From Thermomicrobiales bacterium (lineage in GTDB: Bacteria > Chloroflexota > Chloroflexia > Thermomicrobiales > UBA6265): a DNA stretch of 64,000 nucleotides. The stretch spans positions 66,415 to 130,414 of the forward strand of contig DASZAY010000021.1 of assembly GCA_035944555.1 (NCBI GenBank), written 5' to 3'. Of the stretch, positions 1-8,699 are shown in pieces (within the stretch, counting starts at the first letter, position 1; each line of letters opens with the position of its first letter). The position numbers and the translations under genes are program-made. Under the pieces are notes generated by a model. The model was not told where the DNA came from and ran no database searches. It saw nothing but the letters and a program-made list of their open reading frames with translations.

Positions 1-81
1 ATGGATCGATGTGACAGGAATGCAACAATGGCCGACCGCCGAGGAGTGAAATTTTCATCATTTCACCGGTTTTTCTTCAAG

Positions 82-168
82 TGGTGCCGGGGAGGGGACT
101 CGAACCCCTACAGCCTTACGGCCACCAGATCCTAAGTCTGGCGCGTCTGCCAATTTCGCCACCCCGGC
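82..168 (-). tRNA. tRNA-Leu (anticodon UAG), class II with long variable arm, CCA encoded
   Basis: The reverse complement folds by hand into a cloverleaf. Acceptor stem is GCCGGGG/CCCCGGC. Anticodon stem is CCAGA/TCTGG with loop CTTAGGA (anticodon TAG). It has a 15-nt variable arm, a T arm AGGGG-TTCGAGT-CCCCT, discriminator A and CCA. Confidence 0.9.
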
Positions 169-497
169 GGCGGCGGAAGTGTACCCCGCCGGACGACGAG
201 GAAGGAGTCCGGCCGCCGGCACGCCGGGGAACGGATAGACACCATGTGAACCCGGTGCTACGGTGACCGTCGTGTCACCCGTTGGTCACTTGCGCGACGA
301 GGTCTGACGTGATCTGCCGATCCCCCGCGTCCCGCACAGCTGCGGACGCGACCGCCATCATCAACATGGCCGCCCCCGGCTGTCCTGAGCATTGCCCGAC
401 AGGACAGCCGATCAGGGCCACGCCGTTTCGCTGACGACCTGCTGCTCACCGGTCGTACCGGCGTCTACCCTGATCCTCGTACCGGGGATCCGTTGTC

Positions 498-1955
498 ATG
501 CCTTCCATCCGCGTCTCTTTCCCCCGCCCTGCCCGTGGCGGCAGCACCCGTCTCCGTCGATCCGTCCACAGCTCGTGGTCATCCGGCGCCGCATCGGGCC
601 GGCCTTTCCGCCACCTGTGGGCTGCGTCCACCGTCGCCGACCTTGGTGGCCATGTCTCCGCCCTGGCCCTGCCGCTGACGGCCATCACCATCCTCGACGC
701 CTCACCGCTCGCGATGGGCGTCCTGACGGCGACGTCATGGGTGCCGTACATCGTCCTCGGCCTGATCGCGGGGATCGTCGTGGACCGGGTGTCACGCCGA
801 ACGTTGATGCTCGCGTCTGACTACGTCCGGGCGGGCCTCCTCTTGCTCGTCCCCATCCTGTATCTCGTGGACCAGCTCGGCATGGCGTGGCTGATCACCA
901 TCGCTTTCGGGGTAGGCAGTTGCGGCCTGCTCTTCCAGGTCGCGCAGGCGGCCATCCTTCCTGGCGTCGTCCCGCGGAGTGACCTCGCCGATGCGAACGG
1001 CCGGCTGGAGGCGAGTCATGCCACCGCCCAGGCGAGCGGGCCGGCGCTGGCCGGCACGCTCATCGGCGTCATTCCCGCTCCGCTCGCCGTCGTCGTCAAC
1101 GCCATGACCTTCGTGGTTTCGGCCGTCATCCTTCGTGGGTTGCCACGGGATATGACGTCCAGCGAGACGGCAACCCGGCCATCCCCAAAATCAGCCGCGT
1201 CGTTCCAGCACCGGTTGTCGACAGCGGCCTCGGACGTCCTTGAGGGGCTCGGGTTCTACCGACGCGTCAGGGTGCTCGGCTCGACCCTGCTGGCCTCGCT
1301 GGGCCTGGAGGTGTTCGGTTTCGTCTTTCTCGCGGTCTATCTGCTGTTCATGTCGCGGGACCTCGGCCTGTCCGGACTGGCCATCGGCGTGATCCTGTCC
1401 CTTGGAGGGGTAGGCGCTGTCCTGGGTGCCATCGTCAGCGATCACGTTCGTCGACGGCTGGGCTTTGGTATGACCATGGTCTGGTCGATGGCGTTCTGTG
1501 GTCTGGCGGGACTGATGATTCCCATGGCCATCGTCGTCCCTCCCGTCGCGATCCCGTTGCTCGCCGCCGCCGAACTGCTCCAGTACGGTTCGCTGGCGAT
1601 CTTCAACATCGGTGCGCGGACCCTGCGTCAGTCATTGACGCCCGATCATCTACTTGGCCGCGTCTCGGCCACCGCCCGGATGGCGGAGGGAATCGCGATC
1701 GTCGGGGGCAGTCTGCTGGGTGGGGTACTTGGCGGGCTGATCGGCCTGGGCGAAACGCTCATCGTCGGGTCGATCGGGATGCTTTTGGCCATCCCACCGC
1801 TGCTCCGCTCGGGGCTAAGATCGATGTCCAGCATTCCCGGCGACCCATCGGGCGAATCTGACCGGGACGTGAACTCCTCAGGGGGTGCGGACCGGCGCGG
1901 ACCATGCGACGCTGCCCGTGACGCATCTACCAGGACGACCGAGGAGCTTCCATGA
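498..1955 (+). CDS. MFS transporter (MFS_3/EntS-like exporter family)
   Basis: The translation has many hydrophobic segments. The N-terminal motif FRHLWAASTVADLGGHVSALALPL is typical of this MFS subfamily. Its stop overlaps the next start (ATGA at 1952). The exact start is uncertain. Confidence 0.7.
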   Translation: MPSIRVSFPRPARGGSTRLRRSVHSSWSSGAASGRPFRHLWAASTVADLGGHVSALALPLTAITILDASPLAMGVLTATSWVPYIVLGLIAGIVVDRVSRRTLMLASDYVRAGLLLLVPILYLVDQLGMAWLITIAFGVGSCGLLFQVAQAAILPGVVPRSDLADANGRLEASHATAQASGPALAGTLIGVIPAPLAVVVNAMTFVVSAVILRGLPRDMTSSETATRPSPKSAASFQHRLSTAASDVLEGLGFYRRVRVLGSTLLASLGLEVFGFVFLAVYLLFMSRDLGLSGLAIGVILSLGGVGAVLGAIVSDHVRRRLGFGMTMVWSMAFCGLAGLMIPMAIVVPPVAIPLLAAAELLQYGSLAIFNIGARTLRQSLTPDHLLGRVSATARMAEGIAIVGGSLLGGVLGGLIGLGETLIVGSIGMLLAIPPLLRSGLRSMSSIPGDPSGESDRDVNSSGGADRRGPCDAARDASTRTTEELP

Positions 1956-3322
1956 CCGTTGAGAGCCACTTACCCGTGACCGAACAGACCATCGCCGACC
2001 GCGCGACCTCCATCCTGCAGGACCTGATCCGCATTGACACGTCGAATCCACCGGGCAACGAGTCGGCCGCCGGGGAGTACATCGCCAGCCTCACCCGCGA
2101 AGCCGGGTTCGAGACGGAAATCGTGGAGGGGGTACCTGGTCGCGGGAGCCTCGTAGCCCGCTACCGGAGCGCCAAGCCGACCGGTCGGCCGATCATGCTT
2201 ACCGCCCACCTCGATGTCGTCTCGGTGGAGCGCGACAAGTGGACCCGCGACCCGTTCGGCGGGGAACTGGTCGACGGATATGTCTCGGGTCGAGGGGCGC
2301 TGGACATCAAGAGCCTGGTCGCGGCCGAACTGGCCGTCGCGCTCGAACTCGCCGGGTCGGGGACCGCGCTGGACCGCGACCTCATCCTCGCGTTCTTCGC
2401 AGATGAGGAAGCCGGCGGCGAGCATGGCGCGGCGTGGCTCTGGCAAAACCGGCCCGAGCTACTCGACGCCGAGTACGCGATCAACGAAGGCGGCGGAACG
2501 GCCATCCGGGTGGCCGGCCGGAATTTCTACCTCTGCCAGACCGGCGAGAAGGGAGCCAGCCGGCTCCGCATCATCGCCCGTGGTGCCCCCGGCCACGCAT
2601 CGATCCCGCTCGATGACACGGCGATGCGCCGGCTCGGCGAGGCGCTGTCCCGGCTGACCGCATGGACAGCCCCGACGCGGCTGACCGAGCCCGTCCGGCA
2701 GATGCTCCAGGCGATGGCTCCGGCGCTGGGAGCTGACGCGTCGGCGATGATCGAGCGGGTGCTGGACGCGCCGGACGGCGAGCTGTCGTGGGACGACATC
2801 GCCGCACTCGGCCTGCCCTTCGACGCCGAGACGATGGCGATGCTCCGGGCTACGACCCGCGACACGGCCGTCCCGACCCTAGTCCATGGTGGGCATCGCA
2901 TCAATGTCATTCCGTCCGAGATCGTCCTCGATGTCGATGGGCGAATCTTGCCGGGAACCGACCCGGAGGAGTGGCGCCAGCGGGTCCAGGACGTCGTCGG
3001 CGATGGCGTCGAGGTGCAACTGCTCTCCCGCGAGAGCGGCATCCTGGCCGATCCGGCGTCCCCATTCTTCGAAGCCATCTCGGCGACGATCGAGGCGATG
3101 GACCCGGGCTCGGTCGTCGTCCCCTACCTCGTCTCCGGCGGGACGGACGCCCGGAACATCCCGGGCGTCAAGGTCTACGGGTTCATGCCGTTTGAGCCCG
3201 GCGTCCGGAACGCGGAATACGTTCCCCTCGTCCACGGCCACGATGAGCGGATCCACGTCGACGACCTGCGCTACGCGACCCGGTTCCTCCGGGACCTTGT
3301 CCTGCGGTTCGCCGCCGCCTGA
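1952..3322 (+). CDS. M20 family metallopeptidase (ArgE/DapE/ACY1-like)
   Basis: M20-type motifs are present: TAHLDVV, GRGALDIKS, FFADEEAGGEHGA and SGGTDAR. A GAGGAG SD lies just upstream of ATG 1952. Confidence 0.8.
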   Translation: MTVESHLPVTEQTIADRATSILQDLIRIDTSNPPGNESAAGEYIASLTREAGFETEIVEGVPGRGSLVARYRSAKPTGRPIMLTAHLDVVSVERDKWTRDPFGGELVDGYVSGRGALDIKSLVAAELAVALELAGSGTALDRDLILAFFADEEAGGEHGAAWLWQNRPELLDAEYAINEGGGTAIRVAGRNFYLCQTGEKGASRLRIIARGAPGHASIPLDDTAMRRLGEALSRLTAWTAPTRLTEPVRQMLQAMAPALGADASAMIERVLDAPDGELSWDDIAALGLPFDAETMAMLRATTRDTAVPTLVHGGHRINVIPSEIVLDVDGRILPGTDPEEWRQRVQDVVGDGVEVQLLSRESGILADPASPFFEAISATIEAMDPGSVVVPYLVSGGTDARNIPGVKVYGFMPFEPGVRNAEYVPLVHGHDERIHVDDLRYATRFLRDLVLRFAAA

Positions 3323-3457
3323 TCCAGCTGGCTACCCGGACTGGCTCCCGGTGAAGTCACCGGGAAATCGGTTCCGGGCCGTGCGACACTATCCGGCGGC
3401 GCGAGCGGACGACCGCTCGACTCAGAATCCGCGGAGAACGCGGGAGGACGACACCCT

Positions 3458-4516
3458 ATGTTGCGCGTTGGGATCATCGGGGCCGGCGGAATCGTGCGTG
3501 CCCGGCACGCTCCTGCCTGGCACAAGCAGCAGCTGGCCGGCACGGCCCAGGTCACCGCGATCTCGGACATCTTCGAGGAGCCGGCGCAAAAGATCGCCGA
3601 CACCCTCGAGCACAACGGCCAGAAGCCGGTCGTCTACACCGATTTCGAGAAGCTCATCGCCGAGGCACCGATCGACGCCGTCGATATCTGCCTGCCGCAC
3701 CACCTCCACGCCAAGGCGATCCTTGCCGCGGTGGCCAATGGCAAGCACGTCATCTGCGAGAAGCCGATGTGCATCTCGCTGGCCGAGGCGGACCAGATCG
3801 TCGAAGCCGTCGACAAGGCCGGCATCACCTACATGTCCGGCCACAACGAGCTGTTCCACCCGGCCCTCATCGCCGGTCGCCGAGCGATCGAGCAGGGTGT
3901 CGCGGGCAAGCCGTTCCTGATCCGCTCGCACGAGTTCCCGGGTGGGTACAACCGGTCGTCCGTGCCGGGCCGCGAGCCGCAGGGCACCAACATGGTTGGC
4001 TGGCGCGCCAGCAAGGAGACGATGGGCGGCGGCGTCCTGATCGACAAGGGCTACCACCCGACCTACATCCTGCTCGCGCTCGCTCGCAGCGAGCCGAAGA
4101 AGGTCACGGCCATGATGAACACCTTCGTCGCCCAGATGGACGGCGAGGACACCGCGCTCGTTCTGGTCGAGTTCGAGGACGGCTCGATCGGTCAGATCTT
4201 CACCGGCGAGGGATTCATCTTCCCTGAGGGCGACGCGAAGTTCCACTTCGTCGGCTCCCAGGGCGAGATCTACGGCGACCGGGTCACCGCGCACATTAAG
4301 CCGCGCGGGTTCGATCAGCCGTCCAGCGTGACCGCCAAGAACTACGCTGGCGACGCGACGTTCGACGATGAGATCGCCCACTTCGTCGACGCGATCGAGA
4401 CCAAGCGCAAGCCGATCCAGGATCACTATGACGGCCGGCGCGTCCTGGAGGTCATCCAGGCGGCTTACAAGTCGGTCGAGACGGGCACCACCGTCGAGCT
4501 TCCGCTGGCTCGCTAG
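3458..4516 (+). CDS. Gfo/Idh/MocA family oxidoreductase
   Basis: N-terminal Rossmann motif MLRVGIIGAGGI and the EKP motif (VICEKPM). A GGAGGA SD lies upstream. Confidence 0.8.
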   Translation: MLRVGIIGAGGIVRARHAPAWHKQQLAGTAQVTAISDIFEEPAQKIADTLEHNGQKPVVYTDFEKLIAEAPIDAVDICLPHHLHAKAILAAVANGKHVICEKPMCISLAEADQIVEAVDKAGITYMSGHNELFHPALIAGRRAIEQGVAGKPFLIRSHEFPGGYNRSSVPGREPQGTNMVGWRASKETMGGGVLIDKGYHPTYILLALARSEPKKVTAMMNTFVAQMDGEDTALVLVEFEDGSIGQIFTGEGFIFPEGDAKFHFVGSQGEIYGDRVTAHIKPRGFDQPSSVTAKNYAGDATFDDEIAHFVDAIETKRKPIQDHYDGRRVLEVIQAAYKSVETGTTVELPLAR

Positions 4517-4547
4517 CTCCGGTCGAGCGGCCACCCCAGACAGGAGA

Positions 4548-4587
4548 GGACGCCAGCGGATTCCTGCCGCTGGCGTCCTCACGTTTT
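4548..4587 (+). terminator. Intrinsic terminator after the oxidoreductase gene
   Basis: Perfect 12-bp stem GGACGCCAGCGG/CCGCTGGCGTCC with loop ATTCCTG, followed by TCACGTTTT. Confidence 0.75.
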
Positions 4588-4697
4588 CAGCGTCCAGCAA
4601 CTCGTGGGGCACCCTGCGCGATAGGAGCATTCGCGACGCACCGAAATGATGAACAGCACCGATGCGCACCACGCATGTGGCCTTTCGTCGGCACCTA

Positions 4698-4727
4698 TTG
4701 ACAACGAACAAAGTGAATCGGTACAAC
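4698..4727 (+). promoter_or_regulatory. Candidate sigma70-type promoter for the sugar ABC operon
   Basis: TTGACA (4698-4703), an 18-nt spacer and TACAAC (4722-4727), about 95 nt upstream of ATG 4822. Confidence 0.35.
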
Positions 4728-4821
4728 TAGCGAACCGCCATCGGCATACTTTCGACCCTCGCACCGTTGCGTGGGTGACTCGCCGTCTGGTGTAGCTGCA
4801 AAGTTGCAGGAGCAGGAAGAG

Positions 4822-6255
4822 ATGGGGAGCAACGACGTTCTCTCGTCCCGGGTCTCGCGCCGGTCAATCGTGAAGGGAGCCGCTGCGGTTGCCGGAGCCG
4901 CCGCGCTCGCTGGCTCCGCGCCCTCCACACGATCGGCCCTCGCTCAGGACACCGTCACCGTGACATGGATGTCCAACCAGCGCCATGACCGGGTCGCCAA
5001 GGAGGAGCTGTTCGCCCAGTTCTCCGAGAGCGACGCGTCGCTGCTGCCAGACGGACGGCGCATTCAGGTTCAGATGAACATCTTCGCCGACGAGTACGCC
5101 GACCAGCTCCTGTTGGCGTTTCAGTCGGGCACCCCGCCCGACATCTACAACATGAACCAGGCCCGGATCGAGGTTGCCAACGGCTGGGCCGAGCCAGCCG
5201 ACGCCTGGCTGGCCGAGAACCCGGACATCGCCTCGTCGTTCCTGCCGGGAGCGTTCGTCCCGAATCGGGGCATCTACGGGGGCCAGTCCTACGGGCTGCC
5301 GATGTATGCCCAGACCATGCGGCTCTATTACAACCGGCGGATCTTCGAGGAGGCGGGACTGGACCCGAACCACCCTCCCGCCACTTACTCCGAGTTCCGC
5401 CAGTTCGCCCAGCAGATCACCGAGAACGTGCCGGGGACGTACGGCCTGATCTTCGGGGACAAGTTCCCGTGGGTCTGGTGGATGAACTGCACCGTTCCGG
5501 CCATGGGCGCAGGGTCCTACTACTTCGACTTCGCAACCGGGCGCTACAACTTCAACCAGCCCGGGATCCAGCAGGCCATGCAGCTGTTGCTCGACATGAA
5601 GAGCGACGGGAGCATAACGCCCGGCACCACGACGCTCACGGATGACGACGCCCGCCAGCAGTTCTCGTTCGGCACGGCCGGCATGATAATCGGCGGCTCC
5701 TGGAACCCCGGCGTATTCAACGACCAGTTCCAGTCCACCGAGGATTGGGAGACGGCCGAGCTGCCCTTCCCGGACAGTGGGCCGGCCGGGCGCTTCGTCC
5801 AGGGCATCGGCGATCGCTACACCGTCTCCGCCGCCAGCCAGAACAAGGAAGCCGCCTGGCAAGTGATGCGGTACTTCTACTCCGTCCCGATCATGACCGA
5901 GATGTACACCCGGGGCATGGGCGTGATGGGCGTCGCGGCGGCCAACACGGGTCAGTCCGATGTCCGGGGCGTGCCGAAGCTCGCGCCGACGGCCAACGAC
6001 GTCATCCTGCCACCGGAGCCGGAGCTGCCCACACAGACGCCGGACTACCAGACCGTCCTGAGCCAGATCTTCGCGGGCGATCTCGACATGGCGACCGGTC
6101 TCCAGCAGATCACCGATCAGTACAACGCCTCGCTGGACGCCGAGATCGCATCCGGCGCCATCGTGGCAGAGGACTACATCGTTCCCGACTTCGACCCGCT
6201 GACCTGGCAGCCGGGCGGCGGCGACGCGACGCCCGGAGCGACGCCGGCCGCCTGA
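4822..6255 (+). CDS. ABC transporter substrate-binding protein (family-1, sugar/CUT1 type) with Tat-like signal
   Basis: Twin-Arg signal SRRSIVKGAAAVAGAAALAGSAP. Two CUT1 permease genes follow. I moved the start from the track's 4771 to ATG 4822, which sits behind an AGGAAGAG SD. Confidence 0.75.
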   Translation: MGSNDVLSSRVSRRSIVKGAAAVAGAAALAGSAPSTRSALAQDTVTVTWMSNQRHDRVAKEELFAQFSESDASLLPDGRRIQVQMNIFADEYADQLLLAFQSGTPPDIYNMNQARIEVANGWAEPADAWLAENPDIASSFLPGAFVPNRGIYGGQSYGLPMYAQTMRLYYNRRIFEEAGLDPNHPPATYSEFRQFAQQITENVPGTYGLIFGDKFPWVWWMNCTVPAMGAGSYYFDFATGRYNFNQPGIQQAMQLLLDMKSDGSITPGTTTLTDDDARQQFSFGTAGMIIGGSWNPGVFNDQFQSTEDWETAELPFPDSGPAGRFVQGIGDRYTVSAASQNKEAAWQVMRYFYSVPIMTEMYTRGMGVMGVAAANTGQSDVRGVPKLAPTANDVILPPEPELPTQTPDYQTVLSQIFAGDLDMATGLQQITDQYNASLDAEIASGAIVAEDYIVPDFDPLTWQPGGGDATPGATPAA

Positions 6256-6392
6256 CCGGGACCATACCGATCCTCCCGGCTCAACCTGACGCGACCATGG
6301 CGGCACGGCGACATTTCGTCGCGTCGCCATGGCGCCGTCGCGAATGACACCAGCGCCGGTCCTCCCGACGGGTACGCATAAAGAGGACGCCC

Positions 6393-7376
6393 ATGGTCCA
6401 GCCCGTTCCCACTGCGGTGCCGTCCGTCATCGCCGGGGTGCCGTCGGAGATCCCCCGGCGCCCCGGCCCCTTCCGGCGCTCCATTCCGGCCTACGTCATG
6501 TGCGCGCCGACCATCATCCTGTTCCTCGTCTTCATGGTCTTCCCAATCGGGTTCGTGATCTACACATCCACCCTGAGCTGGGACGGAATCCAGAGCCTCG
6601 GCTCGGCCAGGCAGGTTGGATGGGATAATTACGAGCGCCTGTTGACCGACAGCTTCTGGTGGCAGGCGGTGCGAAATACCATCATCTATGCCCTGATCAA
6701 GATCATCGTCGAGCTGCCGCTGGCCCTGCTGATCGCGCTGGTTCTCAGCTCGGGCATCCGCTGGGTGGTTGGCTTCCGGACCATCGCCTTCCTTCCCGTC
6801 GTCTCCAGCATCGCGGTGGTGTCGCTGGCGTTCGTGTTCTTCTTCGCTGTGCAGGGTCCGGTCAACACCATCCTGGTCCAGCAGCTGGGCTGGATGGACC
6901 GACCGGTCGCGTTCCTCGGCGAGCGCGAGACGGCCTTCTGGGCGGTGACGAGCGTCGCGATCTGGCACGACCTCGGGATCAACATGGTGTTCTTCCTCGC
7001 GGCGCTGCAAACCGTCCCGCGGGACCTCTACGACGCGGCGATGGTCGATGGCGCTGGCGCCTGGCAGCGCTTCCGGAACATCACCGTTCCGACGATCCGC
7101 CCGTTGACGGCGATCATCGTCACGCTCAGTCTGGCGGGCTCGCTCAAGGTCTTCGACTACTTCGCCGTGATGACGGGCGGCGGACCAGCATTCAGTACCA
7201 CCACGATGGTGCTGTACATGTTCCGCTACACCAGCTTCGGCGGCGGTGGAGTAGGCGGCACGTCGGTCCGGCCGGAGGTCGGCTACGGCTCATCCATCGC
7301 CATCGGCCTGGGCGTGATCATCTTCGCGTTCATCATCGTCCAGCAGTGGGTCAACCGCCTGCAGGACCGGAGGTAG
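6393..7376 (+). CDS. Carbohydrate ABC transporter permease (MalF-like)
   Basis: Multiple TM segments and the EAA-loop motif DAAMVDGAGAWQRFRNITVPTIRP. An AAGAGGA SD lies upstream. Confidence 0.85.
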   Translation: MVQPVPTAVPSVIAGVPSEIPRRPGPFRRSIPAYVMCAPTIILFLVFMVFPIGFVIYTSTLSWDGIQSLGSARQVGWDNYERLLTDSFWWQAVRNTIIYALIKIIVELPLALLIALVLSSGIRWVVGFRTIAFLPVVSSIAVVSLAFVFFFAVQGPVNTILVQQLGWMDRPVAFLGERETAFWAVTSVAIWHDLGINMVFFLAALQTVPRDLYDAAMVDGAGAWQRFRNITVPTIRPLTAIIVTLSLAGSLKVFDYFAVMTGGGPAFSTTTMVLYMFRYTSFGGGGVGGTSVRPEVGYGSSIAIGLGVIIFAFIIVQQWVNRLQDRR

Positions 7377-7380
7377 CGGG

Positions 7381-8307
7381 ATGGCGACGACGATCGACTC
7401 CGGCGACCGTCCGGTCGCTGCGCTGGACGTCACGGTCCCGGCGACCGGCAATTCCATCGGCCGGACCGTCCTGGGTGGTGGCTGGCTGGGCGTCCGGTAC
7501 GTCCTCCTCGGCCTTTACATGGTCCTCTGCCTCTACCCGTTCCTCTGGATGGTGGCGACCTCGCTCCGCACGGCGCGCGGCGTGTACGAGGCCGGGACGT
7601 CGCTGTGGGTCTCCGAGCCGCAGTGGCAGAACTATGCCGACTTCTGGGTGGCCGCCAACATCCCGCGCGCGGCGGTCAACACGGTACTGATCACCGCCGC
7701 CTGCATGGTGATCACCATCCTGACGACGTCGATGACCGCCTACGCCGTCTCCCGGACCGATTTTCCCGGGCGCCGCGCCATCATGTTCGCACTGGTCACG
7801 ACGCTGCTCATCCCGGGCGAGATGCTTGTTATCCCGACCTTCTACGTCAACCGGTCGCTTCATCTGATCGGTGACTGGAAGGCATTGATCGCGGTGATCC
7901 TCGTCATGACGGCCGGGGCGCAGGTCTTCAACATCTACCTGCTGCTTGGTCATTTCAACACCATCCCGCGCGACCTGTTCGACAGCGCGGAGCTCGACGG
8001 CGAGAGCTACTTCGGCGCCTACTGGCGGATCGCCTTCCCGTTGATCCGACCCGCCCTGGCAACCGTCACACTCCTGACGTTCATGGGCATCTGGAACGCG
8101 TATCTGATCCCGCTGGTCTATCTGGCCCCCCTCCCCGACTTCCAGACCCTGACCATCGCGCTGATCCAGTACTCCAAGCAGTACCAGACGCTGTACCAGA
8201 TCATGGCCGCTGGCGCGGTCATCACCCTCATCCCGGTCATGATCGTCTTTGTCTTCCTGCAGCGGTACTTCATCCGTGGCCTGACCGAGGGCGCAACCAA
8301 GGGATGA
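7381..8307 (+). CDS. Carbohydrate ABC transporter permease (MalG-like)
   Basis: EAA-loop motif DSAELDGESYFGAYWRIAFPLIRP. Six predicted TM segments. The start lies 4 nt after the upstream stop. Confidence 0.85.
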   Translation: MATTIDSGDRPVAALDVTVPATGNSIGRTVLGGGWLGVRYVLLGLYMVLCLYPFLWMVATSLRTARGVYEAGTSLWVSEPQWQNYADFWVAANIPRAAVNTVLITAACMVITILTTSMTAYAVSRTDFPGRRAIMFALVTTLLIPGEMLVIPTFYVNRSLHLIGDWKALIAVILVMTAGAQVFNIYLLLGHFNTIPRDLFDSAELDGESYFGAYWRIAFPLIRPALATVTLLTFMGIWNAYLIPLVYLAPLPDFQTLTIALIQYSKQYQTLYQIMAAGAVITLIPVMIVFVFLQRYFIRGLTEGATKG

Positions 8308-8359
8308 TTCCGGGGTCTCGGGTGGACAACCGTCGAGGTACGGGTTGACCACCATCCGG

Positions 8360-8388
8360 TTGCCAACCCGAACCCCGACGGCTATGAT
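8360..8388 (+). promoter_or_regulatory. Candidate promoter of the lysC-asd leader
   Basis: TTGCCA (8360-8365), a 17-nt spacer and TATGAT (8383-8388). The predicted TSS falls at about 8395, which coincides with an ATG. Confidence 0.45.
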
Positions 8389-8481
8389 GCGAGCATGAGC
8401 GCCAACGTCGGAGACCGCTGCTACGGAACGCGATTGTTCAACTCGCCCTCGCGCGGGATGTCGCCGGACCAGCGCGCCTCG

Positions 8482-8562
8482 ATGGCGATCACCATGACCA
8501 TCATGATTACCACTGGCGGCACCGGGATTACCCGGCCTGCTGTCGTGGTGTTCAGGGGGTAG
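8482..8562 (+). CDS. Putative Thr/Ile/Met-rich leader peptide (26 aa; in-frame 55-aa version from ATG 8395)
   Basis: Manual translation gives MAITMTIMITTGGTGITRPAVVVFRG*. Of the first 17 residues, 13 are Met, Ile or Thr. It uses locally AT-rich codons in a GC-rich genome. It lies directly upstream of aspartate kinase. It is below the track's 60-aa cutoff. No clear SD precedes ATG 8482. Confidence 0.45.
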   Translation: MAITMTIMITTGGTGITRPAVVVFRG

Positions 8563-8596
8563 CGGGAAACGCAGACCAACTGACGGCACGGTGAGC

Positions 8597-8631
8597 AGGC
8601 GGGAGGCACACAGCCCCCCGCCTCTTCGTTT
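8597..8631 (+). terminator. Candidate attenuator terminator between the leader ORF and lysC
   Basis: AGGCGGGAGG (8597-8606) pairs with CCCCCGCCT (8615-8623), with one bulged A. The sequence CTTCGTTTG follows. The segment 8531-8541 (CCCgGCCTGCT) can alternatively pair with 8594-8603 (AGCAGGCGGG). Confidence 0.4.
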
Positions 8632-8699
8632 GCCCGCGCGCAGCCATCCGGCGGCCCGGCGGGTGAGCGGGATGCACCCGCAACAGGGGATTGACCACG

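Noticed and set aside
1-497. A possible integrated element or attachment site next to tRNA-Leu.
   Set aside because: No integrase, no repeat of the tRNA 3' end and no compositional shift is visible within the window. The 81-266(+) ORF is simply antisense to the tRNA.
8421-8609. A 62-aa minus-strand ORF (…VVIMMVMVIAIE…) in the lysC leader region.
   Set aside because: It is the antisense image of the AT-rich Thr/Ile/Met codon run. It has no SD and it points away from any operon.
8308-8699. A lysine riboswitch or T-box upstream of lysC.
   Set aside because: I could not find the conserved L-box or T-box core motifs (specifier/T-box sequence) by eye. The leader-peptide attenuator explains the region better. 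This still needs a covariance-model scan.
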